DNA from: an uncultured virus (IMG/VR IMGVR_UViG_3300018049_001835)
Taxonomy: Duplodnaviria; Heunggongvirae; Uroviricota; Caudoviricetes
Strand: one strand, 5' to 3'
IMG/VR virus record: IMGVR_UViG_3300018049_001835
Length of the DNA: 64,000 nt
In this document: piece by piece, positions 10,651 to 20,705 of the stretch
How positions within the stretch are numbered: position 1 is the first letter of the stretch
How the letters are laid out: each line of letters opens with the position of its first letter
The notes under the pieces: generated by a model
Database searches by the model: none
Told to the model about the DNA's origin: nothing
Seen by the model: the letters and a program-made list of their open reading frames with translations, nothing else
Translations under genes and position numbers: made by a program

Positions 10651-11786
10651 TGAAGTTTCAATTTATAAGACCAGACAGATTGAATCTAGATCATGTGCCT
10701 CAAATAAAAGAAGTACGAAAGTATAAGGACTTTATTGAAAGATATAAAATACCTGAACTAGGAATTGGCTTCGGCAAGCCAAGTACTGAATGTATTTTTC
10801 CTATCGAAGTTTCTAAACTATCGCATCAATGGACTGGCGATGTATCAGATATTGATGGCTTTAATACACTAATAAATATTCCTATTGAAGTAATACATCT
10901 TGTACAACAAGGGAAATGTAGAATTGCAATTATAAGTATTGTAGAAGGTGATTCGTATATTAATAAAAATTGGAATTCATTTAAGGCATTACATCATGAT
11001 ATGGAACAAAGGAATTTGCCAAATGGAAGTGTTTTGATTGTAAGTGGTAATTTAAAATTAAATGACGAATATCTAGTATGGTGTAAAAATGCAAATGTTT
11101 ATCCTAAGTTAGAAATACAAGGCGGCATAGAATGGGACGCTAAAGAAGCCTACAATTCAGATAAGCCTTTATGCATAGAAAAAGTTCTACGCAACCATAG
11201 TAGCATAGCAAAGTTAAATAGTCTTAATAGAACAGATCGACCTCACAGAAAGCAACACATAGAATGGTGTGAAAAAAACATTATAAACTTTGTAAAAGAC
11301 AACTTAATATCAGGGTATGGATACAAAGTAGATGTAGATAATAAAGTTGGCGGCTTGGGTAATGTAACAAATAGAGACATTTACAATGCAAGTCAGCTCA
11401 GTATTGTTACAGAAACGTTTTTTGAAGAACCTGGTTTGTTCATTACTGAAAAAACATTTAGATGTATTGCTATTGGACACCCGTGTATAATATTAGGACA
11501 ACCTGGAATACTAGATTATTTTGATAATATAGGCATCAATTTAAGATTTCCTGGATTAGATACAACTTATGATAGCAAAAAAGATCACAATGTAAGATTC
11601 TCTGAATTCCATGATACATTAGAATATTGGTATCATCTAACACCTCAGGAAAGATATCCATTATTAAAAAGTTGGGAACCTATCTTAAAAAAGAACGCAC
11701 AAGTATATAGCAACATAAATTTTAAGCATGAAATTACAAGAAATATTGTAAAATCTACAGAAGAATATTTCTTGACTAGTTCTTAA
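10650..11786 (+). CDS. glycosyltransferase-like protein (GT10-like C-terminus)
   Basis: IVTETFF..FITEKTFRCIAIGHP. Confidence 0.5.
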   Translation: MKFQFIRPDRLNLDHVPQIKEVRKYKDFIERYKIPELGIGFGKPSTECIFPIEVSKLSHQWTGDVSDIDGFNTLINIPIEVIHLVQQGKCRIAIISIVEGDSYINKNWNSFKALHHDMEQRNLPNGSVLIVSGNLKLNDEYLVWCKNANVYPKLEIQGGIEWDAKEAYNSDKPLCIEKVLRNHSSIAKLNSLNRTDRPHRKQHIEWCEKNIINFVKDNLISGYGYKVDVDNKVGGLGNVTNRDIYNASQLSIVTETFFEEPGLFITEKTFRCIAIGHPCIILGQPGILDYFDNIGINLRFPGLDTTYDSKKDHNVRFSEFHDTLEYWYHLTPQERYPLLKSWEPILKKNAQVYSNINFKHEITRNIVKSTEEYFLTSS

Positions 11787-11800
11787 AAAAGTAGTATAAT
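11772..11800 (+). promoter_or_regulatory. sigma70-type promoter, probably giving a leaderless mRNA
   Basis: TTGACT-17-TATAAT; ATG 11807 begins 7 nt after the -10 and has no SD. Confidence 0.7.
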
Positions 11801-11806
11801 AATAAG

Positions 11807-13483
11807 ATGTATGATATCATTTATGTATCACAAAAAGGAAACAAAGCACTATACGAAAAATTGTGTAAACGATTTCCAACAGTTAAGTACGCATCAAGTT
11901 TTGAACAGGCAATGCGCAAGTCTCTTACGGATATGTTTTATGTCGTTTGGGACGATATAGAAATTGTAGATAATTTTAATTTTGACTACGATGTTCCCGA
12001 ATGGGATAAAAAGTATGTTCATACATTTCTAAATGACAAACATTTTGATGGTGTTTGTCTTGTTCCTAAAGATAAACATATATCAAAAAAAGAAATTAAA
12101 CATAGATTTTTTGTTAATAAAAAAGAAATAGATATTGTAGCAAGCATGCCTTCTGTGTATGATATATTTCATATTGACAAATATGAAGATTACGAAGAAG
12201 CATTGCAAAAGAGTCATACCGAAATGTTTTGGTGTGTTTGGAAGAATGTAGAAATTACAGAAAGTGTTATACTTTCGTCATACTTTAGTCATCATAATAG
12301 TTATGATAGAAACGAAAATCATGTATGGCCTACATTTTGTAATGATACTATAAGTTATCATGGAGGACTGTTGTTAGCTTCTGTGAATAAGCCGTTATCA
12401 AAAAAAGAAATAGAACATAGGTTTATAATAAACAGAAAAGAAAATGAACAGCCAGTAAGTAGATTTAGATATCCTAGGCATGTAATTAGTACATATGAAG
12501 AATATGAAAAAATTGTTGAAACAGAAACAAGTCCTCTTTTTTGGATTATTTGGGATAACGTAAAAATTACAGATCAAACAATATTTGACTTTTACTATAG
12601 TCCAACAGATGGTCGTTATGATGCTGATAGAGAAATGCATCATGTATACAAACACATGTTTAGAGGTGAGCCTACTTATCACAATGGCGTAGTTCTAAGT
12701 ACAACAAAGCACAAGTTAGGCAAAAGAGAATTTAACAGTAGGTATGTAGTAACTAGAAAAGAGCATGAAGAAATTATATCAGAGCCTATACCGTATGATG
12801 TAGTGTTTATAAGTTATAAAGAAAAAAATGCTGATAAACATTTTTCAATGATACAAGATAAAATTAGAACAAGCAATCCTTTTACTAATTTAAGATGGGT
12901 AAGAGATGTAAAAGGAATTCATAATGCACACAAAAAAGCTGCTGAACTTTGTTCTACAAATATGTTTTTTGTTGTCGACGGCGATGCCGAATTAGTTGAT
13001 GATTTTAATTTTAACTATCAAGTGCCAGTATGGGAGGAAACTACAGTTCATGTTTGGAGAAGTAAAAATCCAATTAATGACTTAGAGTACGGGTATGGTG
13101 GTGTGAAATTATTGCCTACTGAGCTTACAGCAAATGTAGATGTTAATAGTTCTGATATGACAACTAGTATTAGTGATAAATTTAAGGTTGTTGATCAACT
13201 AAGTAATTATACAGTGTTTAACACAGATCCATTTAACACATGGAAAAGTGCATTTAGAGAATGTACAAAACTTTCAAGTAAAATTATTAAAGGACAGGAA
13301 GACGAGGAAACAGAACAGCGTTTAGAAGTCTGGACCACAGTAGGAAAAGACAGTCCGTATGGGGAGTATGCTATTAAAGGTGCAATTGAAGGGCGAGAAT
13401 TTGGTAGTGCTAATAAAAACAAGCCAGATGTATTAGCACTTATAAATGACTTTCAGTGGTTAGAGGAAAGATTTTATGAGTAA
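11807..13483 (+). CDS. repeat-containing GT-A-like glycosyltransferase
   Basis: Repeats MFYVVWDD/MFWCVWKN/LFWIIWDN/MFFVVDGD; last unit resembles 4465-5355. Confidence 0.6.
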   Translation: MYDIIYVSQKGNKALYEKLCKRFPTVKYASSFEQAMRKSLTDMFYVVWDDIEIVDNFNFDYDVPEWDKKYVHTFLNDKHFDGVCLVPKDKHISKKEIKHRFFVNKKEIDIVASMPSVYDIFHIDKYEDYEEALQKSHTEMFWCVWKNVEITESVILSSYFSHHNSYDRNENHVWPTFCNDTISYHGGLLLASVNKPLSKKEIEHRFIINRKENEQPVSRFRYPRHVISTYEEYEKIVETETSPLFWIIWDNVKITDQTIFDFYYSPTDGRYDADREMHHVYKHMFRGEPTYHNGVVLSTTKHKLGKREFNSRYVVTRKEHEEIISEPIPYDVVFISYKEKNADKHFSMIQDKIRTSNPFTNLRWVRDVKGIHNAHKKAAELCSTNMFFVVDGDAELVDDFNFNYQVPVWEETTVHVWRSKNPINDLEYGYGGVKLLPTELTANVDVNSSDMTTSISDKFKVVDQLSNYTVFNTDPFNTWKSAFRECTKLSSKIIKGQEDEETEQRLEVWTTVGKDSPYGEYAIKGAIEGREFGSANKNKPDVLALINDFQWLEERFYE

Positions 13484-14459
13484 TTACGACCAAATACCTT
13501 GGCAAGATATAACAGAGTTTGGCCAACAAACGATGTTAAAGAGCCATCTTTTTAATGTTTCTTGGATATTGGCTAGATTTTGTAATTATAACTGTTCTTA
13601 TTGCTGGCCATACGCAAGATCTAGTACCCCTGATCATCAAGATTTAGAATTATACTTAAACACCATAGATAGTATAAAGACACAAGCTCGTGCAAATAAC
13701 TTTACAGATTTCCACTTTAGTTTTAGTGGAGGAGAACCTACAGCGTATAAACAATTTGGTACTGTAGTAAAATATTATGCAGAGGATCCTGATGCAGAGT
13801 ATCAAAGTCTACACATGACAACAAATTTATCACCTGCACAATCTTGGTGGAACAGATTTATTAAATACACTAGTACATTACAACGCAGAAGCATTACAGC
13901 AAGTTTCCATGATGAGTTTGCTAACGAACAAGATTTTGGAGATAAATGTCTTGCACTTATGGAAGGAGGCGTTTATGTTACGATCAATCAAGTTATGGTT
14001 CCAGAAAAGTTTGAAGAGCTTTACGAGCGTTTGGAACGATTTGCCACCAGAGGTATTAACGTCACTCTCAAACCCCAGTCCGACCCTACCGCCAGCTTCG
14101 TGGTTGGAGGTTACACAGATGAGCAAATTACTAGAATGCGAACAAGATTCCCACAAACATGGAAAGGCGAACAAGTCGCACAAATCTTACTCAAAGACAA
14201 TAAAGGAATAGAGTACGAATTAGATCAAGCAGAACGTTTTAATGCTTTTGGCTTTAATAAGTTTAAAGGTTGGACCTGTAATGCAGGGTATCAAAGTTGC
14301 ATTATACGTAGCAATGAAGTAAAGCGGGCATACAGTTGCCATGAAGAACCCTTAGGCACGCTTACAGACGGTTTTACGCTGTTTAAGACACCATCTAAGT
14401 GTGTTACTAATAGTTGTGTAAGTAGTGCAGATAGCAAAATACCTAAGAGGAAAAAGTAA
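13476..14459 (+). CDS. radical SAM protein with C-terminal SPASM/twitch
   Basis: CNYNCSYC, SGGEPT, C-terminal WTCNAG..C..C..C. Confidence 0.85.
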   Translation: MSNYDQIPWQDITEFGQQTMLKSHLFNVSWILARFCNYNCSYCWPYARSSTPDHQDLELYLNTIDSIKTQARANNFTDFHFSFSGGEPTAYKQFGTVVKYYAEDPDAEYQSLHMTTNLSPAQSWWNRFIKYTSTLQRRSITASFHDEFANEQDFGDKCLALMEGGVYVTINQVMVPEKFEELYERLERFATRGINVTLKPQSDPTASFVVGGYTDEQITRMRTRFPQTWKGEQVAQILLKDNKGIEYELDQAERFNAFGFNKFKGWTCNAGYQSCIIRSNEVKRAYSCHEEPLGTLTDGFTLFKTPSKCVTNSCVSSADSKIPKRKK

Positions 14460-15169
14460 TGTTTGGCATATTAGGGTATGGATTTGTTGGCAAAGCAACC
14501 AAATTGGGATTAGGATTACCTGACGATACAGTTATACATGATATTAAATTAGGCACAGATAGAAGTGTATTAGACAATGCAGATACAGTGTTTGTATGTA
14601 TACCTACTAACACAAAAGATGACATTGATGTTTTAATTAGTGAAGTAGAAAAACTCAAAGCAGACACGGTTATAATCCGTAGTACATTGCCACTTGGTAC
14701 GTGTAAAAAGATAAACAAATCATGCTTAATATACATGCCGGAGTTTTTACGTGAAAGACATTGGAAAAAAGACTGTCTTAATCGTCCTTTGGTTGTAGGA
14801 TGTGATAGTGATATTCCGACATGGCTTAGATATGATGAAGACATAATAGTATGTTCTACAGCAGAAGCAGAGCTTGTAAAAATGTTTTCAAATAATCTTG
14901 CTGTAATCCGTATAGCGTTTGCAAATATATTTTACGATCTAGCAAATAGTGTTGATGCAGACTATAATAATATAAAAGATATGTTTCTTGCTGTGCAACC
15001 AAAACAATCATATTTAGATGTACCAGGGCATGATGGTACTAGAGGATTTGACGGTAAATGTTTGCCAAAAGATTTAGACTTCTTAATATCTACATTAAAT
15101 ACACACGAAATAAATTCAAATGTTTTTGAGCAGATAAAAGAACTAAACAAAGGTTGGCGCAATGTATAA
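14459..15169 (+). CDS. UDP-glucose/GDP-mannose dehydrogenase family, short form
   Basis: GYGFVG, FVCIPT, IIRST, PEFLRE, AELVKMFSN, GFDGKCLPKD (catalytic Cys). Confidence 0.8.
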   Translation: MFGILGYGFVGKATKLGLGLPDDTVIHDIKLGTDRSVLDNADTVFVCIPTNTKDDIDVLISEVEKLKADTVIIRSTLPLGTCKKINKSCLIYMPEFLRERHWKKDCLNRPLVVGCDSDIPTWLRYDEDIIVCSTAEAELVKMFSNNLAVIRIAFANIFYDLANSVDADYNNIKDMFLAVQPKQSYLDVPGHDGTRGFDGKCLPKDLDFLISTLNTHEINSNVFEQIKELNKGWRNV

Positions 15170-16148
15170 GTTGGATCAAATAAGAGACATACATCTAGAA
15201 GTTACTTCACGATGTCAAGCACGTTGCCCGATGTGTCCAAGACGTATGCAAGGCGGTCCTATGATGCCATATGTAACATTAGATGATATTACCTTAGAAA
15301 CATTCAAAGAATGGTTTTCAGTTAGTTTTATACAACAACTTGACAAACTTAATATGTGTGGTAACTTAGGTGATCCTATTATTAATACTGAAACACTTGA
15401 CATATACAAATACTTGCGTGAAGTAAATCCTAACATTAATTTACAAATGCATACAAATGGTAGTGCAAGGAATAGTACATGGTGGCAAGAACTTGCTAGT
15501 GTAGATGTAACTGTAGTATTTGGAATAGACGGACTAGAAGATACACATTCTCGCTATAGAATAAACACAGACTTTCACACTATACTAGAAAATGCAAAAA
15601 CGTTTATTAATGCAGGCGGCAATGCTAGATGGGATATGTTAGTGTTCCGTCACAACAAACATCAAGTAGATGAATGTAGACAACTTGCAAGTGAATTAGG
15701 CTTTAGTGATTTTAAGTACAAAAATTCTAGTAGATTTAAAAATGGCCAATTTAATGTTTTAGATGATACTGGAAAAACAATTGATATTTTGTACCCTACA
15801 GAAACAAGTGAAAGTTTTATAAAAATAGTAGAAGAAGCAAAACAAGAAATAAGCCCAACAATAACTTGCAAAGCACAAAACTCTCAATCTATATATGTTG
15901 CTGCTAACGGTAACATTGCACCCTGTTGTTGGTTAGATTTAGAATGGCTACCACCAGTAAGTGAAAGTAGAATTGATTACATGGATAAAATAGGAAATTT
16001 TCCTAATCTTAATAACCATACTTTGCAAGAAATATTTGACAGTAACTTTTTTAGTAGTATCGAAAACACATGGTCAAACGGTTGTTTAAAAGAATGTCAA
16101 AAACAATGCGGCAAGTTTGATAAACTAGGAGCTCAATTTGAAAGTTGA
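15162..16148 (+). CDS. radical SAM protein with SPASM/twitch
   Basis: CQARCPMC, GNLGDP, TNG, IAPCC..C..QC. Confidence 0.85.
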   Translation: MYKLDQIRDIHLEVTSRCQARCPMCPRRMQGGPMMPYVTLDDITLETFKEWFSVSFIQQLDKLNMCGNLGDPIINTETLDIYKYLREVNPNINLQMHTNGSARNSTWWQELASVDVTVVFGIDGLEDTHSRYRINTDFHTILENAKTFINAGGNARWDMLVFRHNKHQVDECRQLASELGFSDFKYKNSSRFKNGQFNVLDDTGKTIDILYPTETSESFIKIVEEAKQEISPTITCKAQNSQSIYVAANGNIAPCCWLDLEWLPPVSESRIDYMDKIGNFPNLNNHTLQEIFDSNFFSSIENTWSNGCLKECQKQCGKFDKLGAQFES

Positions 16149-16737
16149 TATTGAAGATGTACTGTTTTGGATGGACGCAATTCGTAACAGCGAAAATCGA
16201 TATCGTACACTAGAAAGTTTTTGGAAAGGCCAAGTACACAGTAAACTTTGGTTAATAGAACAAATGCAAGAATATAAACTTCAAGGTAATGTTGCTATTT
16301 ACGGTGGCTGGAATGGAGTACTTGCAAGTTTACTCTTTAATAGTGATCTTGCAATACCTGAAATAGAAAGCATAGATATTGATCCTGTTTGTAAAACTAT
16401 TGCAGAAACTATTAACATGCGTTATCACATGGACGGAAGATTTACTGCCACAACAGCAGATATGTGCGAGTACACTACAGATGCAGATGTTGCTATTAAC
16501 ACTAGTTGCGAGCATTTAACACAAGAGCAATATGACAAATGGTTAAGTAATATTCAACCAGGTACAAAGGTAGTACTACAAAGTAATAACTATGTTGACC
16601 TTGATGAACACGTAAGATGTGCAAAAAGTATGGAAGACTTTGTACAGCAATCAAAAGTATATGTTGCATATGTAGGAGAATTTAAAACACCTAAGTACAC
16701 AAGATATATGATTATAGGACATAAATTTAATGGGTAA
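16138..16737 (+). CDS. SAM-dependent methyltransferase-like protein
   Basis: IYGGWNG glycine loop, SIDID, TADM, INTSCEH; TTG start. Confidence 0.55.
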   Translation: MKVDIEDVLFWMDAIRNSENRYRTLESFWKGQVHSKLWLIEQMQEYKLQGNVAIYGGWNGVLASLLFNSDLAIPEIESIDIDPVCKTIAETINMRYHMDGRFTATTADMCEYTTDADVAINTSCEHLTQEQYDKWLSNIQPGTKVVLQSNNYVDLDEHVRCAKSMEDFVQQSKVYVAYVGEFKTPKYTRYMIIGHKFNG

Positions 16738-18025
16738 AACATTCTGCCCCTTGCCATGGATACATTTGGCAACTAGACCAAATGGCGATGTAAGAGTTTG
16801 TTGTACAGCAAACGCTAGTGGCGCAGGCAAGACTGACAACAAGGAAGTAGGACTTGTTAAACAAGATGGTGTTAACATGAATCTACGTGATCATACTATC
16901 GAAGAAGTTTGGAATAGTGAGCAAATGCGTAATACTAGATTGCAAATGCTTAATGATGAAATTCCTTTAAGTTGTAAAAAATGTTTTGAAGAAGAGGCAA
17001 AAGGTATAAAAAGCAAAAGGAATTGGGAAACCGAGGTATGGAATGAAAGGATCAATGTACAAGAAATTGTTGATCAAACACAAGAAGATGGCACGTTGCC
17101 TGTAAACATACCTTACTTTGATTTAAGATTAGGTAACCTATGTAATTTAAAATGCATTATGTGTAGTCCGCATGATAGCTCAAAGTGGATTAAAGATTGG
17201 AAATTACAATATCCAAAATATGAACTTATAGATTTGAAACAAGATCAAGGCTGGGATCCTAGTTTTGATTATGTATGGTACAAGAAAAGTAGTTTCTTAG
17301 ACTCTGTAAAAAATCAAGCACACTATATAAAAGAATTATATTTTGCTGGCGGAGAACCATTGCTCATACCGGAACATTATGCAATACTACAATTTATGAT
17401 AGACGAAGGTTATGCAAAAGATTGTATACTTAGATATAATAGTAATGCTACAGACATATCACAAAGATTGCTTGATATGTGGGAATATTTTAAAGAAGTA
17501 AAATTTAACTTTAGTGTTGACAGTGTTGGCGAAAAAAATGATTACATAAGACATCCGAGTAAGTGGGATAGTATTGTAGAGAATATGCATTTACTTGATA
17601 ATACATCAGATCATATAACTGTTAATCTTGCTTGCGCCGTACAACTTCTTAATGTACACAGTTTAGTAGAACTTGCACAATGGAAGTTAGATCAAAACTT
17701 TAAAAAAATAAATCGTGCGCCATATGGCGGAGGTATAATAGGGTTACATTTAGTGTACTTACCGTCCTACTTAAATGTGCGAGTACTACCTCAAGACTTA
17801 AAAGCCCAAGCCGCAGATACGATAAGTAAGTTTGCTAATAGTATTAACACACATGAATTTATTAATAATGCTTATGGCAAAATGCGTTGGTTAGGTTTAG
17901 TTGATTACATGAATTCAGAAGATTGGTCACATAAACTTCCGGCGGCTGTACAATACTTAGAAATATGCGACAAAACAAGAGAATTAAACTTTAGAAATAC
18001 GTTTAAAGAATTGAGAGATATATGA
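16730..18025 (+). CDS. radical SAM protein with N-terminal SPASM/twitch
   Basis: FCPLPW..VCC..CKKC; CNLKCIMC; AGGEPL. Confidence 0.85.
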   Translation: MGKTFCPLPWIHLATRPNGDVRVCCTANASGAGKTDNKEVGLVKQDGVNMNLRDHTIEEVWNSEQMRNTRLQMLNDEIPLSCKKCFEEEAKGIKSKRNWETEVWNERINVQEIVDQTQEDGTLPVNIPYFDLRLGNLCNLKCIMCSPHDSSKWIKDWKLQYPKYELIDLKQDQGWDPSFDYVWYKKSSFLDSVKNQAHYIKELYFAGGEPLLIPEHYAILQFMIDEGYAKDCILRYNSNATDISQRLLDMWEYFKEVKFNFSVDSVGEKNDYIRHPSKWDSIVENMHLLDNTSDHITVNLACAVQLLNVHSLVELAQWKLDQNFKKINRAPYGGGIIGLHLVYLPSYLNVRVLPQDLKAQAADTISKFANSINTHEFINNAYGKMRWLGLVDYMNSEDWSHKLPAAVQYLEICDKTRELNFRNTFKELRDI

Positions 18026-18678
18026 CACCTGAAGAAATTGAAAGAGGACTACGTTGGCAAAGTTTAGTCAACTTAGGTAACCAAGTAAAACTTAAATGGC
18101 ATATTGACCATCACCAAGTTGAACAACAATTAGAACAGTTTAAAGATAATTGGTGTCCGTACAATGCTAAAAAAGACACTCACAATAATCGCTGGGGGTT
18201 ACCAGTAACAAGTCACACCGGTGATGTTATGGACAATTACCATTTGAATAGTTTTGGTCATATGCAGAAATACCATGACATAGAAATGAAGGAAGAAAAC
18301 TTTAACACACCAACAGAGGTGTATAATAATATTCCTGAGCTTGCAAAACTAGTAGATGTTTTTGCACCAGATATTGGTCGTGTACATTTATTGCGTGTTG
18401 ACCAAGGAGGCTTCTTTCCTCCGCACAGAGACTTTCACGGTGTAAGTCCAGAATATTTTAGATTGCTAGTAGTGTTTGGACGTTGTAGTCCTGAAAATTA
18501 TGTACAAATGGTAGACGGCAAGCCATTATACCCAGAACCTGGATTTGTTTACTTTACAAACTTTCAATTAGATCACAGTGTGTTTAGTTTTAGTGATAAT
18601 CTGTATTCATTAATTTTAACAGTAAAATTAAATGAACGTACACAACAACTAATTTTAAATAACACAATGGCAGAATGA
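18022..18678 (+). CDS. Asp/Asn beta-hydroxylase-like 2OG-Fe(II) oxygenase
   Basis: GGFFPPHRD ... LDHSV (HxD...H triad). Confidence 0.7.
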   Translation: MTPEEIERGLRWQSLVNLGNQVKLKWHIDHHQVEQQLEQFKDNWCPYNAKKDTHNNRWGLPVTSHTGDVMDNYHLNSFGHMQKYHDIEMKEENFNTPTEVYNNIPELAKLVDVFAPDIGRVHLLRVDQGGFFPPHRDFHGVSPEYFRLLVVFGRCSPENYVQMVDGKPLYPEPGFVYFTNFQLDHSVFSFSDNLYSLILTVKLNERTQQLILNNTMAE

Positions 18679-19598
18679 AACTTTCTTACAAAGACCCTGC
18701 AAAAGAAGATTGGTTTTTAGTTAGTTGGACACTATCTAATAAATGCAATTACCGTTGTTCTTATTGTCCAAGCAGACTTCATGACGGAAGTACAGGCCAT
18801 AAAAAATGGGACACGGTTAAAAATTTTGTAGAAAACTTTGATGCTAATGGCAAACAAATTTGCTATAGGATTTCAGGCGGCGAACCTACTTATTGGAAAC
18901 ATTTTATTGACATGGCTAAACTTGTAAAACAACAAGGCCAATACTTTAGTTTTCTAACCAACGCAAGTCAAAAAGTAGAATACTTCGCAGAGATAACAGA
19001 ACACACTGACGGAATGATTATCAGTTATCATCCTGAATTTGCTAATATTGATCATATAATAGAAGTTATAAAAGTAATGACTTGTCCTGTTGCTGTTAAT
19101 CTTATGATGTTACCTGATAGTTTTGATGAACTATTAGATATTGCAGAACGTTTATTTAATTGTAGCGACAATGTAATGATATGGCCAAAGGTAATTTTAG
19201 ATAAACAAGAAATTGAAGGATATCCTACTAACGAAGTTAGTGCATACTCAACATCACAGCAAAACATTATTACTAATTGGCCTTATACACGTAAATTAGA
19301 TGATACAAAGTTACACAGAGGCGGCCTACTATTAAATGGTAAAGATATTAATGCAAATGACTTAATAGTTAATGAGCTTAATGCACACAAAGGTTGGAAA
19401 TGCTGGGCAGGATTAGATATGATTAGTATTGATATGTGGGGAGACATATACCGTGCCGAGTGTCAGCAAGGCGGCAAAATAGGTAATTTAGAAAAATATA
19501 CTTTACCTAATAGTACAATTACATGCGGTAAAGATAAATGTTACTGTTTGAGTGATATATATCTACGCAAAGAGTTGATAGCTACCCAGCAAATTTAA
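18675..19598 (+). CDS. radical SAM protein with C-terminal SPASM/twitch
   Basis: CNYRCSYC, SGGEPT, WKCWAG..C..CGKDKCYC; paralog of 13476-14459. Confidence 0.85.
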   Translation: MKLSYKDPAKEDWFLVSWTLSNKCNYRCSYCPSRLHDGSTGHKKWDTVKNFVENFDANGKQICYRISGGEPTYWKHFIDMAKLVKQQGQYFSFLTNASQKVEYFAEITEHTDGMIISYHPEFANIDHIIEVIKVMTCPVAVNLMMLPDSFDELLDIAERLFNCSDNVMIWPKVILDKQEIEGYPTNEVSAYSTSQQNIITNWPYTRKLDDTKLHRGGLLLNGKDINANDLIVNELNAHKGWKCWAGLDMISIDMWGDIYRAECQQGGKIGNLEKYTLPNSTITCGKDKCYCLSDIYLRKELIATQQI

Positions 19599-20705
19599 TT
19601 CGCTATCAAATATTAACATAAAGTGTTGTCTATCGGCTTTTCTATATGACATACAGCATATTAAATTATTTTTTACATACGGACGACCTAACATATAATC
19701 AGTAAGATATAATGTTTTTATATTTGTATTTTCATCTACACTCATTATAGGACAACTAGGTGTACCAGATGGAAAAAATATTGCTTTGTTGTCTAGTGCT
19801 ACACCACAACGATATCTGTACTTGCCACCAAAGTTAAGACCAATATCAAAAACTTTACTTTCTTTCGTGTCAGTATCAAAAACTACACCCCAATTACTAT
19901 CTTGGCTATATTCGTCACCATATGGTAATGCAATTATTTTATTATTAACTAAAACGCCACAATTATATTTTTTAGCAAAGTCATTAGTTAGTGTTAAATT
20001 ATGATATATTGCTCTATTAGTAGTTGTATCAAATTCTACGATTTCTGTCATACCAGGCGTTTCGCCGAAAGGCAAACTGTAAAGTGTATTGTCTTTTACT
20101 ATTATATCACTAAACTTTCTAGTAATATTACTATTGATGTCTAACTCAAAACTTTCAAAATTATTACCGTCGAAACTTAGTAGTTTGTTATACCCGGGAT
20201 TATCACCTCTCGGCATACTCCAATATCTGCCATTGCAATATACAGTACCCATATGTAATTTTTTGCCTTCGTAGGGTAGTTTGTGTTCGCTAACTTTACC
20301 TTCGTTAATATACAGTCCGTAGTTAGTATCTTCGTATCCTAAAGGAAAACTAAACGCAGATGTACCGTTTGATGCAATACTGTAAAATTGCCCTTTGCCT
20401 GCAAACGATAATTTGTGATACACTACATCGTTGTCTTTAATTTGTACTACAATATTAAGTTCGTCGTATATGCCGTATGGTATAAGCCATAAATCGTTAT
20501 CTAAAACAATAGGAGCATTAGTTTTACTAGTAGCAGGAGGTAGATCTAATTTGATAATATCTTTTTTAAAACGCCAAACATCTGCATACTCTTTACATTG
20601 TTCAGTAGCAAATGGCGGACTTGTTAATATACCATTCCAGTCAAGGAGTAATAAGTGCTTTATGTTTTCTTCTTTGTAGAAATCTTCAAATGCTTTATAC
20701 ATCAT
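19563..20705 (-). CDS. beta-propeller (kelch-like) repeat protein
   Basis: ~45 aa repeats containing IPYG/FPLG/MPRG/LPFG/LPYG/FPSG. Confidence 0.55.
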   Translation of the reverse strand: MMYKAFEDFYKEENIKHLLLLDWNGILTSPPFATEQCKEYADVWRFKKDIIKLDLPPATSKTNAPIVLDNDLWLIPYGIYDELNIVVQIKDNDVVYHKLSFAGKGQFYSIASNGTSAFSFPLGYEDTNYGLYINEGKVSEHKLPYEGKKLHMGTVYCNGRYWSMPRGDNPGYNKLLSFDGNNFESFELDINSNITRKFSDIIVKDNTLYSLPFGETPGMTEIVEFDTTTNRAIYHNLTLTNDFAKKYNCGVLVNNKIIALPYGDEYSQDSNWGVVFDTDTKESKVFDIGLNFGGKYRYRCGVALDNKAIFFPSGTPSCPIMSVDENTNIKTLYLTDYMLGRPYVKNNLICCMSYRKADRQHFMLIFDSELNLLGSYQLFA

